From a virus (lineage: Duplodnaviria; Heunggongvirae; Uroviricota; Caudoviricetes), in IMG/VR virus record IMGVR_UViG_3300028549_001428: a stretch of DNA of 64,000 nt. The stretch is one strand, 5' to 3'. How positions within the stretch are numbered: the first letter of the stretch is position 1; each line of letters starts with the position of its first letter. The position numbers and the translations under genes are program-made. The notes beneath the pieces are model-generated. The model saw only the letters and a program-made list of their open reading frames with translations, was not told the DNA's origin and made no database searches. This document shows, piece after piece, positions 1 to 8,111 of this stretch.

Positions 1-353
1 CGGAATTTATCAATTCGTTGTTTGAAACATATAAGTAATGAATCATATTGAGAATCTAATTTTGATTTCGATTTCTCAAATTCATCAAGCTGACGCTGTT
101 CATATTTAGCCAACTCTTTTTTACGATGATCTTCTAATTGCTCGTCTGTTTTATAGAATATCTTAGTTCCATTGATATCCATTCCACGAATATGAGCGAA
201 ACCTTTACAGTGTAATGTGATAGTATCACCCACTTTAGGGACTACATTATACTTTTTATATAATACGAATCCATTACTGTCCGACATTATTGTATAGCAA
301 TCATCCGAGTCAGTTACCTTAGTAATGACATAATCATCTATATTATCTTTCAT
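1..353 (-). CDS. Hypothetical phage protein, 3'-partial (MKDNIDDYVITKV...KQRIDKF)
   Basis: ATG at 353 with GGAGAG SD at 357-362; frame open to the window edge; absent from the ORF track because it has no stop in the window. Confidence 0.8.
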   Translation of the reverse strand, partial: MKDNIDDYVITKVTDSDDCYTIMSDSNGFVLYKKYNVVPKVGDTITLHCKGFAHIRGMDINGTKIFYKTDEQLEDHRKKELAKYEQRQLDEFEKSKSKLDSQYDSLLICFKQRIDKF

Positions 354-365
354 ATTCTCTCCTAG

Positions 366-451
366 TGCGGATAAAGGGGTTCGAACCCTTGACGTGTATT
401 GCTACAAAAGGATTTAGAGTCCTCCGCTTTCGACCACTCAGCCATATCCGC
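366..451 (-). tRNA. Amber suppressor tRNA, anticodon CUA, long variable arm (Leu/Tyr-like body)
   Basis: Cloverleaf: acceptor GCGGATA/TATCCGC, discriminator A, D arm with GG, anticodon arm GAGGA-CT[CTA]AA-TCCTT (anticodon 415-417), variable stem TGTA-GCAA-TACA, T arm AAGGG-TTCGAAC-CCCTT; followed by CTA rather than an encoded CCA. Confidence 0.93.
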
Positions 452-478
452 AAAAAATGAGCCATTTCTGACTCATTT
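452..478 (-). terminator. Intrinsic terminator after the 1496->492 transcription unit
   Basis: AAATGAGTCA-GAAA-TGGCTCATTT hairpin with U-tract on the minus strand. Confidence 0.7.
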
Positions 479-480
479 GT

Positions 481-509
481 AATATAGTAAATTAATCTCT
501 TAGTGTCAA
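481..509 (-). promoter_or_regulatory. sigma70-type promoter for the suppressor tRNA
   Basis: TTGACA (509-504) N17 TATATT (486-481). Confidence 0.8.
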
Positions 510-773
510 TCGAATTTGTGATGATAGGTCTTTTACAACTTTACCAATGATTTCATCATTGAATGACTTGGAGTTCCAAGTATTTCCTTTGATAACATCA
601 TCAATTCGTTTGATAATCAACTGATCAATTCGATCTGCATAATTATATTCAGCAAGTGCCTTTTTAGCCTGTTGTGTAACAGATTCAACTACCCACATCT
701 GAATATCATCCTTGGTAATTCCAAGTTCATTATACATATAATTCTTAAACATAACCCATTTGCTATTATCCAT
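492..773 (-). CDS. Hypothetical protein (likely start MDNSKW)
   Basis: ORF track 492..812; ATG at 773 has a GAGAGG SD and overlaps the upstream stop. Confidence 0.7.
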   Translation of the reverse strand: MDNSKWVMFKNYMYNELGITKDDIQMWVVESVTQQAKKALAEYNYADRIDQLIIKRIDDVIKGNTWNSKSFNDEIIGKVVKDLSSQIRLTLRD

Positions 774-957
774 TGTTAGCCTCTCTATATTCAAGTTCAT
801 TAATAAATTCATCTACAAAGGTGTTAATGATATCATTATTTAGCGATGAATATATACTAGGACAGCATCCATGTCTACAGCCATCATCATATTGATAATA
901 CCATGCCTCTTCGTTTAATTTATTAATTAAAAGTTCCTTCAATAATGCCTTATCCAT
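766..957 (-). CDS. Small hypothetical protein with GCRHGCC motif
   Basis: ORF with strong AAGGAGG SD (964-970) overlapping the upstream stop. Confidence 0.7.
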   Translation of the reverse strand: MDKALLKELLINKLNEEAWYYQYDDGCRHGCCPSIYSSLNNDIINTFVDEFINELEYREANNG

Positions 958-969
958 GACAGACCTCCT

Positions 970-1389
970 TTATCTTATTGAGGATGCCAGTGATAAATCC
1001 ATTTTTTCATTGAAATCAATAGAATTCATTATTTCAGCGGAATCAATATACAAGGAAATCATACCCTTTAACTTATCCACATTCAAAGCCTTTTCAGTCT
1101 TTTCAGTCTTTTCAATTTCGGATAATTTGTTTCCCTTCAATAATGAATAGGCTACGTGCATATGTCTAGCATATGATTTAACGAAATACATAGCATATTG
1201 AGGATATGCAACATTTATGTTTAATGTTGTTGATATGGCTTTATATTTAGCCAATACAGCTTCTACTGCTGTTGTCGTGTCAGTTCTCTGTCATTCTTTG
1301 AATGCGTGTTTATACTGACGGGTGAATTCAGAAACCAACTTGATGTCAGCTTTGAATTTAGATAATGCGATTTTTAATTCATTGTTCAT
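970..1389 (-). CDS. Hypothetical phage protein (139 aa if read through; RHMHVAYSLLKG motif) with in-frame UGA at codon 33
   Basis: ATG 1389 with AAGGAG SD (1397-1402); reads MNNELKIALSKFKADIKLVSEFTRQYKHAFKE*QRTDTTTAVEAVLAKYK...; TGA at 1291-1293; the ORF track recovers only the downstream part from a TTG. Confidence 0.75.
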
Positions 1390-1396
1390 AATAATA

Positions 1397-1472
1397 CTCC
1401 TTAAATTTGTGAACTTTGTTTGTTTTGTTTTTATCGTTACAGTACAGCCGAAAACAAACCAAATTAAGGAGG
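1397..1472 (-). promoter_or_regulatory. SD-sequestering hairpin (translational attenuator)
   Basis: mRNA CUCCUUAAUUUG pairs with CAAAUUUAAGGAG, which contains the SD; inner GUUUGUUUU/AAAACAAAC pairing extends the stem. Confidence 0.75.
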
Positions 1473-1496
1473 GCGGTTGTTAAATACCTACATCAT
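1464..1496 (-). CDS. Leader peptide ORF M-M-(UAG)-V-F-N-N-R-P-P-UAA
   Basis: AAGGA SD at 1503-1507, then ATG ATG TAG GTA TTT AAC AAC CGC CCT CCT TAA; the Pro-Pro-stop codons form the anti-SD arm. Confidence 0.65.
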
Positions 1497-1535
1497 GGTA
1501 TATCCTTTTATTAAAATTATTTTCTTCATATTGGT

Positions 1536-1564
1536 AATATAGATTATTATCGCTTTCTTGTCAA
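1536..1564 (-). promoter_or_regulatory. sigma70-type promoter for the leader/UGA-gene unit
   Basis: TTGACA (1564-1559) N17 TATATT (1541-1536). Confidence 0.8.
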
Positions 1565-2026
1565 GACTTTATATAAAAAATCTTCTTTGTCTTCGGAATG
1601 CGTCAATTCCCACTTAGATTCATCAAATGATGGAAAGTATATATCACCATCATAATCACCCTTTATCTCAGAAATATGCATTTCATTTATAATATCAGCA
1701 TCTAATACTGACTTATACAACATACCACCACCAATAAAGAAAGTAGGACTAGACTTGTACTTATACAAATTCCACGCAGATTCCAACGTAGGAACTACTT
1801 TCACATCGTCGCCATGCTCAAACTTGGACGATGATATCACTATATTGTTGCGATTTAGTAGACCATTAGGGCGACCTAAAGATACAAAAGTATTCTTTCC
1901 CATCACAATAGAAGAATAGCTAGTAAGTGCTTTAAGATGCCTTAAATCGCTAGGTATATGCCAGGGCAGTATTCCATTCTTACCAATGACTCTATCTTTA
2001 GTCATAGCGACAATCAAGTTACTCAT
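1547..2026 (-). CDS. folA: Dihydrofolate reductase
   Basis: LIVAM..RVIG.NG.LPWHIPSDL, MGKNTF, RNNIVIS, IGGG, GDIYFP motifs. Confidence 0.95.
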   Translation of the reverse strand: MSNLIVAMTKDRVIGKNGILPWHIPSDLRHLKALTSYSSIVMGKNTFVSLGRPNGLLNRNNIVISSSKFEHGDDVKVVPTLESAWNLYKYKSSPTFFIGGGMLYKSVLDADIINEMHISEIKGDYDGDIYFPSFDESKWELTHSEDKEDFLYKVLTRKR

Positions 2027-2087
2027 TATGCATTTCCTGTGGCAGAACCACCATATTTTATATTTATCATTGCATTAATATAGTAAA

Positions 2088-2525
2088 TTATTTGCGGTTT
2101 GGCTCGACTGCAACATAACTTAATCGATAATCTGGTAAAATTATTCCATCAGCACCTGCAACACCATAGCCAACAGGGAAAAATTCAACCCCTGCAATAC
2201 CAGACGTTTGAATTAGTCCAGCCAACATATTACCATCACGAGTTGTTTTACATTCACAATTTATTATAAGAGATGAATTCACAATAGAAGCACCCATTAC
2301 ATAAGCCATTGCTTTTTTATCCCAAGGTTCTGATAATGGAATGTTTTTCATCTTCCGTTCTACTGGATTCATTTCTTGTATAATAATTCTTGGTTGCAAT
2401 GTAAACCGTTCCATCAGTTTATTCAATACATGCATAGGATAAATGTTTCCATCTATTGTTGGCATACCTGCAACCATTAACACAGCACTAAATTTATATC
2501 CTTCGACCTTAGTTTTTGGTGCCAT
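2088..2525 (-). CDS. Prohead-protease-like protein (T4 gp21 fold), apparently lacking catalytic residues
   Basis: DGNIYP..VL, TRDG..L..L, PVGYG, DYRL..V.VEP resemble gp21 NGR.YP, TP.G, SSRG.G and D.V..P blocks. Confidence 0.5.
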   Translation of the reverse strand: MAPKTKVEGYKFSAVLMVAGMPTIDGNIYPMHVLNKLMERFTLQPRIIIQEMNPVERKMKNIPLSEPWDKKAMAYVMGASIVNSSLIINCECKTTRDGNMLAGLIQTSGIAGVEFFPVGYGVAGADGIILPDYRLSYVAVEPNRK

Positions 2526-3204
2526 GTTCTACTCCATGCAATGCAAATTTTCTCATACGACTAACACAACGAGCTATGATAAATTTCAATCTACTTGAAT
2601 TAATACCTATTTTTATCGATAGGTCTTTTATGTTATAATTTCTGGATAGTCTTAAAATTTCCAAGTCTTCTTTTGCTTGGTCATTTAATTTACCATTAGC
2701 TTCATACACTTCTATAAGTGCATCTAATTCAATAGTACAATTTTCATCATGTGGCTGTACAAATGCTTCCATATCACCCATGTTAGAACCGTCTTGATGT
2801 TCGTTATAGTCATTAAGATCGCTATAATCTATTTTTACATCTTTCTTTTTCATAACAGGAACATGTATCAAATCATTATTGTAATTATACCAGTTCTGTA
2901 CTAAACCTCTAATGGTTTGCATTGCATAATGATAAAAGGGCATTCCTACTGCTGGATCATATGTTTCAGTTGCTTTACATAAGCCTTCATATGTGAAAGA
3001 CATTATAGAAGCCAACGGCTGATTATAATTGTATTGGTAATATATTAGATAAATCAGACGAGCATTATTTTTTAATAATTTTTGTAGATTTGCATCCTTC
3101 TTATCACTCTTGGATGGGTCTTGAATATCCTTGACTAATATATCATTAATCTCAGCACCATTGGATGGGAAGGGATGTCTTTTTATAAATTCTTCAGGAG
3201 TCAT
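2509..3204 (-). CDS. Phage sigma-70-family RNA polymerase sigma factor
   Basis: Region 2-like NARLI...EGLCKATETYDP..G.PF..YA..TIR...IHVP and C-terminal HTH-like region 4. Confidence 0.8.
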   Translation of the reverse strand: MTPEEFIKRHPFPSNGAEINDILVKDIQDPSKSDKKDANLQKLLKNNARLIYLIYYQYNYNQPLASIMSFTYEGLCKATETYDPAVGMPFYHYAMQTIRGLVQNWYNYNNDLIHVPVMKKKDVKIDYSDLNDYNEHQDGSNMGDMEAFVQPHDENCTIELDALIEVYEANGKLNDQAKEDLEILRLSRNYNIKDLSIKIGINSSRLKFIIARCVSRMRKFALHGVEHGTKN

Positions 3205-3262
3205 TATGCAACCAGTATTTTCTATTAATTAAAAAATACTATATTTATTACATAATTACTAT

Positions 3263-3532
3263 TTATTTTTTAAATGATTCTATAATATCTGGAGGTAATA
3301 CCCTTTCAAGCGACTGTCTACGTCTTATCCAGTAATCAGAAACATTACGCATCAGAGTTCGAGTATTATAATCGACTTCTTTGTTTTTTATAAATGATAT
3401 GGCTTGTGTATATTGAGAATTACACAAAAGCCACTCATTCTTCAATTTTTCTAAATTACCATAAAAGCCGTCATAAATAGCTCTGGCATCTGCTGGTAAT
3501 TTATTGATTATTTGCTTGCTGAATAAATCCAT
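3263..3532 (-). CDS. Hypothetical protein
   Basis: ORF co-oriented with neighbours; upstream TTGTCT-N17-TATATT. Confidence 0.6.
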   Translation of the reverse strand: MDLFSKQIINKLPADARAIYDGFYGNLEKLKNEWLLCNSQYTQAISFIKNKEVDYNTRTLMRNVSDYWIRRRQSLERVLPPDIIESFKK

Positions 3533-3574
3533 ACAAACAAATATATATCAAATTAGCATATTAGACAAAATTAA

Positions 3575-3985
3575 TCACTTTACAGTTGGCTTACCGCATA
3601 TACGTTCGTATAATTCGTTAATCTCACGCTTAGTTTTATCCGATGCATCCATCATGGCTTGCATAGTTGGATACCCTGTGATTCTCCTAACCATATCATC
3701 ATCACTTTCTCTCTCACATGTGGTATCTTCACATTCCTCCACAATGCTTATTGCAGAGTATCCATTAAACCAGCTTCCGCTGTAACATAAGGATATTTCC
3801 CCTTCTTTTCGGAATGTCACTGAGAAGTCATGCTCCCATCCATTAGACTCTATTGGGTCGTTGGTGTATCCCTGTTTCTCCAATAGATCAAACAGATCAC
3901 TAGGCGTAACACCGTCTAGACTCACCTCATCTGTATCCTGACCTTTCAGAAGAAGTAACACACTATCAATTATTTTTTTACGCAT
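3575..3985 (-). CDS. Hypothetical phage protein
   Basis: 136-aa ORF in a co-oriented cluster. Confidence 0.7.
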   Translation of the reverse strand: MRKKIIDSVLLLLKGQDTDEVSLDGVTPSDLFDLLEKQGYTNDPIESNGWEHDFSVTFRKEGEISLCYSGSWFNGYSAISIVEECEDTTCERESDDDMVRRITGYPTMQAMMDASDKTKREINELYERICGKPTVK

Positions 3986-4002
3986 AAATATACCCGTTAC
4001 AA

Positions 4003-4413
4003 TTAAGTAATATATGAAAGCATTTCGATATTAAATTTATCGAGTCTAAGTGATTTGTCAGTCACATACCGCATAATATTCTGATCGGCAAAAAGACCAA
4101 CCATATACTTTCCATCATCACGAGTGGAGAAGTATAAATTAAAGCCAAGGTGTCTCAACGATGATGTTAACTTTGTATACCCATCTTCATCAATCTTGTT
4201 GTCAATTAATTTATAAGATAGCATCAAATCATCACAACAATAGGTAGAATACCCGAAGAAGCCTTCGAAAATTTTCTTTGCAATATAATAGTTCGTGGGG
4301 AGCGTATCATTCACTCTCACCACCAATAGTTCCTTTTTGTAATATACTGCTTTTACGCCTTTTACATTACTACGAACCCATTTAATGCCCTTGATCCACT
4401 TAATAATATTCAT
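4003..4413 (-). CDS. Hypothetical protein
   Basis: ORF with GAGGA SD; promoter TTGACA-N17-TATATT at 4433-4461. Confidence 0.7.
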   Translation of the reverse strand: MNIIKWIKGIKWVRSNVKGVKAVYYKKELLVVRVNDTLPTNYYIAKKIFEGFFGYSTYCCDDLMLSYKLIDNKIDEDGYTKLTSSLRHLGFNLYFSTRDDGKYMVGLFADQNIMRYVTDKSLRLDKFNIEMLSYIT

Positions 4414-4432
4414 TTATTCCTCTGTTTTTGTT

Positions 4433-4461
4433 AATATAGTAATATATCAGGTGTTTGTCAA
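4433..4461 (-). promoter_or_regulatory. sigma70-type early promoter
   Basis: TTGACA N17 TATATT. Confidence 0.75.
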
Positions 4462-4989
4462 TGATGCACATAGCAAAATATTAGAAAGATGCTCGGCTTG
4501 TTCCTTATTACATGAACTCAAATCAATGTCAATGTATACTTCTGGTGATTTACCGTCAATATTCGCAAGAAACGCAATAATCTTTTCACGTTCCATTGAG
4601 GTATAGTCATTCAGACAAAAAGTAATCTTCTTGTCTTTTTCTTGATTCACATTATTATCGATGCCAAGTGTAGTTTCAACATCGGACTTCATATTCTGTT
4701 GTAATGGAACATCCTTCTTAGTGATTGGATGATTCTTAATAAATTCTTGAAGCTGTACCAAAATGATATTACACTCTGTCGTAGACAGCTTATGATTGAT
4801 TGGAAATGATGCATAATCATTACCAGCAAAAATAACCACTGATTTGATACATCTTTCGGTGAATGTTGGATACCAGATTTTATCATTTTGTACTGTTAAT
4901 ACACAAATGCTATAATTCTGTGTTATAGATTTAAAGTGTTCAGCAAATGTGCTTGTACACCATTGACGAGCAAAAAAATTGAGATACAT
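4447..4989 (-). CDS. Hypothetical early protein
   Basis: 180-aa ORF, AAGGA SD, own promoter. Confidence 0.7.
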   Translation of the reverse strand: MYLNFFARQWCTSTFAEHFKSITQNYSICVLTVQNDKIWYPTFTERCIKSVVIFAGNDYASFPINHKLSTTECNIILVQLQEFIKNHPITKKDVPLQQNMKSDVETTLGIDNNVNQEKDKKITFCLNDYTSMEREKIIAFLANIDGKSPEVYIDIDLSSCNKEQAEHLSNILLCASLTNT

Positions 4990-5021
4990 AGGGTGTCCTT
5001 GGTTGAAGGTCTATGTATCTC

Positions 5022-5050
5022 AATATAGAAATATTATTTTAGTTTGTCAA
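5022..5050 (-). promoter_or_regulatory. sigma70-type early promoter
   Basis: TTGACA N17 TATATT. Confidence 0.75.
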
Positions 5051-5065
5051 TTAAAAAATAAAATA

Positions 5066-5893
5066 TTACGAAATTATTCCAAAAGCAGCCTTAACAGAGT
5101 CAATTAATGTGGCATTTGAAGAATCTTTCATGCTTTCCAAGAATGCTATGAACTTATCACTATTCTCATTCAAAGCAGCTCTACGAGTATTAGCGGTTCT
5201 CTTTTCAAACTTGTTTGACTTGAATCCACCAACTTCCTCTTCATCATCTTCGCCAACTTCTGCATCTTCAAATGGATCTGCATCATTATAGTCAACTTCA
5301 GTACCTTCAGCTAATGCACCTCTACGAGTCTTAGCTAATCTCTTAGCGTCCTTATTTGATTTGAACCCACCAACTTCTTCTTCATCTTCGTCTTCTTCAA
5401 TTTCAGGTTCGTAATCATCTTTATAATCAACTTCAGTACCTTCACCCAACATAGCTTTACCCATGTTCTTTATTCTCTGACCAAATCCAACTTTAGCAGA
5501 ATCAGTACCATATGTCTTATCGATGCCTAATTTACCTTGCTTGATAGCTGGCTTTAGAACTTCGTTCATCCATTTTTCAACATCAACCGGTGAGTTCATT
5601 GCAAACTTAGCAATCTGTGCCATCGCACCACTTGCTCTACCACCAGCCTGTTTAACAACAGAACCTTCACGCTTGAATTTAGCGGCATTAGCAGCCTGTT
5701 CTTCTGGTGATAATGGCTTACTACCTGTACTTGGTAAACGTCTGCGTTCAGGTGACTTAATATCAGGTATTGGCATGCCACGTACTGATGCTTCTGTTAA
5801 TACGAAAGCCTGTTTAACAGCTTCAATTAACGCAACGTTTGAATTATCTTTCAAACTTTCTAGAAATCCAATGAATTTTTCTGTCTTTTTCAT
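5066..5893 (-). CDS. Acidic repeat protein, putative prohead core/internal head protein
   Basis: Duplicated acidic block EGTEVDY...EEEVGGFKSNK; N- and C-terminal KFI.FLES.KD.SN..LI..VK.AF repeat; late-type motif upstream. Confidence 0.5.
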   Translation of the reverse strand: MKKTEKFIGFLESLKDNSNVALIEAVKQAFVLTEASVRGMPIPDIKSPERRRLPSTGSKPLSPEEQAANAAKFKREGSVVKQAGGRASGAMAQIAKFAMNSPVDVEKWMNEVLKPAIKQGKLGIDKTYGTDSAKVGFGQRIKNMGKAMLGEGTEVDYKDDYEPEIEEDEDEEEVGGFKSNKDAKRLAKTRRGALAEGTEVDYNDADPFEDAEVGEDDEEEVGGFKSNKFEKRTANTRRAALNENSDKFIAFLESMKDSSNATLIDSVKAAFGIIS

Positions 5894-5933
5894 AATATGT
5901 TATATCCTATAGTTAGGGTTATTACCTTGACTA

Positions 5934-5942
5934 TAGTTTATA
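5934..5942 (-). promoter_or_regulatory. Putative late promoter TATAAACTA
   Basis: Recurring intergenic motif upstream of structural-type genes. Confidence 0.7.
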
Positions 5943-5957
5943 AAAAGACACAAAAAT

Positions 5958-5984
5958 AAAAAAAGGTGGCTGTTAACCACCTTT
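5958..5984. terminator. Intrinsic terminator after ligase
   Basis: AAAGGTGG/CCACCTTT stem with A/T tract. Confidence 0.75.
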
Positions 5985-5988
5985 GAAA

Positions 5989-8088
5989 TTACTTAATCAT
6001 TCGTAGAAACTCATCGGAATCTTCAATTACTTTGATATCGAATCCTTTTGCCTTGAGTTCATCGATCTTTTTTACCTTTGCAGGTCCAGCCGATTCACCC
6101 AATAGAACATAATCAACTGTCTTAGTAATGGATGAGGCGATTGATCCACCATTCTCAATAACCATGTCCTTAAAGTCATCACGACCTAACTTATCAAAAG
6201 TTCCCGTCATAATAAATGTAAGTCCCTTCAACTTATCATTCTTGACACGAGAAGGCTTTGCATTCAATGCGATTCCATTAGCAATGATCTTGGAAACCAA
6301 TACTTGATTCTTACCAAACCATTCAACAATGGATTCTGCCAAATCATGACCAACACCATCAATAGTTTCCAGTTCATTCACCGTAGCACTGGAAACTGCG
6401 TCAAAGCTCTTAAACTTATCGGCAATTGGTCCAGACATGGTTTGACCCAAATTAGGAATACCAAGTCCAGATAGAAGTTGGTTCAAATAAGCATTCTTTG
6501 ATTCCTTGATAGCATCAATTGCCTTTTCAGCAGAACGTTGTTTTACACCATCTATTTTAAGCAAATCATCCACAGTAACTGTGTAAAGATCAGCAATGTC
6601 ATGGATAAGACCAGCGGAAAGCATTGATTCAATGATTGATTCACCAACACCCATAATATTCATGGAAGTCTTGGAAACAAACTTAACAATCTGACGGAAT
6701 TGCTTTACAGAACATGCTTCATTTGGGCATACCCACGCAACTAGATTATCACCACTGCGATTAGTGTCTTGGCACAGTGTAGAACCACAATGCTTACAGG
6801 TAGTAGGACGCAAATACCATTTCTTACCTGCGTGGTTTGGGTCATTATGTAAGGATTCAATACATCCCTTAACATCAAATCCAGCACTCATATCTCGTTC
6901 ATATTCATCCTTAGTACGACCAGTTTCAACAACTCGCACAATTTCAGGAATGATTTCACCAGCTTTTCGAATTACAACGGTACATCCTTCAAACATACCT
7001 AGATATTCAAGCAAATCCCAATTATGTAACGAAGCACGACGAACCTTGGTCATTGCCAATTCAACTTCATTTACAATTGCAACAGGAGTAACAGCACCAG
7101 TACGACCATATGAATGTTCAACTTCTTTAGGTACAGTATCCTTTTCTTCTGGTGGAAACTTCAATGCAGTACAGAAGTGAGGAGTCTTTGCAGTCCCACC
7201 AAGGCGTTTGTAAGCAGATTTGTCATTGACCTTAATCACAAGACCATCAATGTGATATGGAAGACTGTAACGCTTCTTTTCCATGTATTCAGCACCAGCA
7301 ACTACCTTATCGGTAGTTGGACATACATAATATTCAGAAATGTTGAATCCAAGTACATCACGCAGATAATTCAAATCCTGCGCATGAGTATCATTTGGGC
7401 TACCATCAACAATATTGTAAGCAACGAAATGCAACTTACGATCAGCAACTTCCTGTGGGTCTTTGGACTTCATCGTACCAGAAGCACCATTTCTAGGATT
7501 GCTCATAAGATCTTTACCAACACTTTCAAGATATTCATTATACTTCTTGAAATCTTCCTTCAACCATACAACCTCACCACGAATTTCCATTGGATCAGTA
7601 TGAGGAATTGTCTTGGGAACATTTGGGACTTGTAGAATATTGGCAAATACGCTATCACCAACCTTACCATCACCACGAGTCACAGCTTCAAATAGCTTAC
7701 CATCGATATAACGGAGAGACATTGCAAGACCATCCATCTTGAATTCCATAGTCTTTTCCGTACATCCCTTACTGTCCTTATCAGAAGACCAATTACGAAG
7801 TTCGATAAGACTATTGGAGTTTGCGATAGAAATCATTGGAATATCATGATTTACCTTCTTGAATCCATCGGTGCTGTCCGATGCAACTTTCTGTGAAGGG
7901 GAATTTGAGTCAATAATCTCAGGATATTGAAGTTCAATAGCCTTTAGCTTCTTGTATTCTTCATCATATACGAAATCACTTACAATAGGCTTGCTATTGG
8001 CATAATGCTTACCCCATTCAGTCAATGTTTTGACCAATTTGACATAAGAATCAATAATATCCAGTGGGATTTCAACATCTTCTTGCAT
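5989..8088 (-). CDS. ligA: NAD-dependent DNA ligase
   Basis: KMDG motif I, TRGDG, EIRGE, NPRN, DGLVIK, GRTG, KAGEIIPEI, Zn finger, HhH, C-terminal BRCT. Confidence 0.97.
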   Translation of the reverse strand: MQEDVEIPLDIIDSYVKLVKTLTEWGKHYANSKPIVSDFVYDEEYKKLKAIELQYPEIIDSNSPSQKVASDSTDGFKKVNHDIPMISIANSNSLIELRNWSSDKDSKGCTEKTMEFKMDGLAMSLRYIDGKLFEAVTRGDGKVGDSVFANILQVPNVPKTIPHTDPMEIRGEVVWLKEDFKKYNEYLESVGKDLMSNPRNGASGTMKSKDPQEVADRKLHFVAYNIVDGSPNDTHAQDLNYLRDVLGFNISEYYVCPTTDKVVAGAEYMEKKRYSLPYHIDGLVIKVNDKSAYKRLGGTAKTPHFCTALKFPPEEKDTVPKEVEHSYGRTGAVTPVAIVNEVELAMTKVRRASLHNWDLLEYLGMFEGCTVVIRKAGEIIPEIVRVVETGRTKDEYERDMSAGFDVKGCIESLHNDPNHAGKKWYLRPTTCKHCGSTLCQDTNRSGDNLVAWVCPNEACSVKQFRQIVKFVSKTSMNIMGVGESIIESMLSAGLIHDIADLYTVTVDDLLKIDGVKQRSAEKAIDAIKESKNAYLNQLLSGLGIPNLGQTMSGPIADKFKSFDAVSSATVNELETIDGVGHDLAESIVEWFGKNQVLVSKIIANGIALNAKPSRVKNDKLKGLTFIMTGTFDKLGRDDFKDMVIENGGSIASSITKTVDYVLLGESAGPAKVKKIDELKAKGFDIKVIEDSDEFLRMIK

Positions 8089-8111
8089 AAAAAACTCCTT
8101 TGATTTTGAAT

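Noticed and set aside
366-451. tRNA-Pyl
   Set aside because: Long variable arm, canonical D-loop GG and TTC loop, and A discriminator are unlike tRNA-Pyl; no pyl genes seen
2026-2070. 14-codon ORF (MINIKYGGSATGNA) overlapping the DHFR start
   Set aside because: No SD, structure or regulatory codons; such short ORFs are expected by chance
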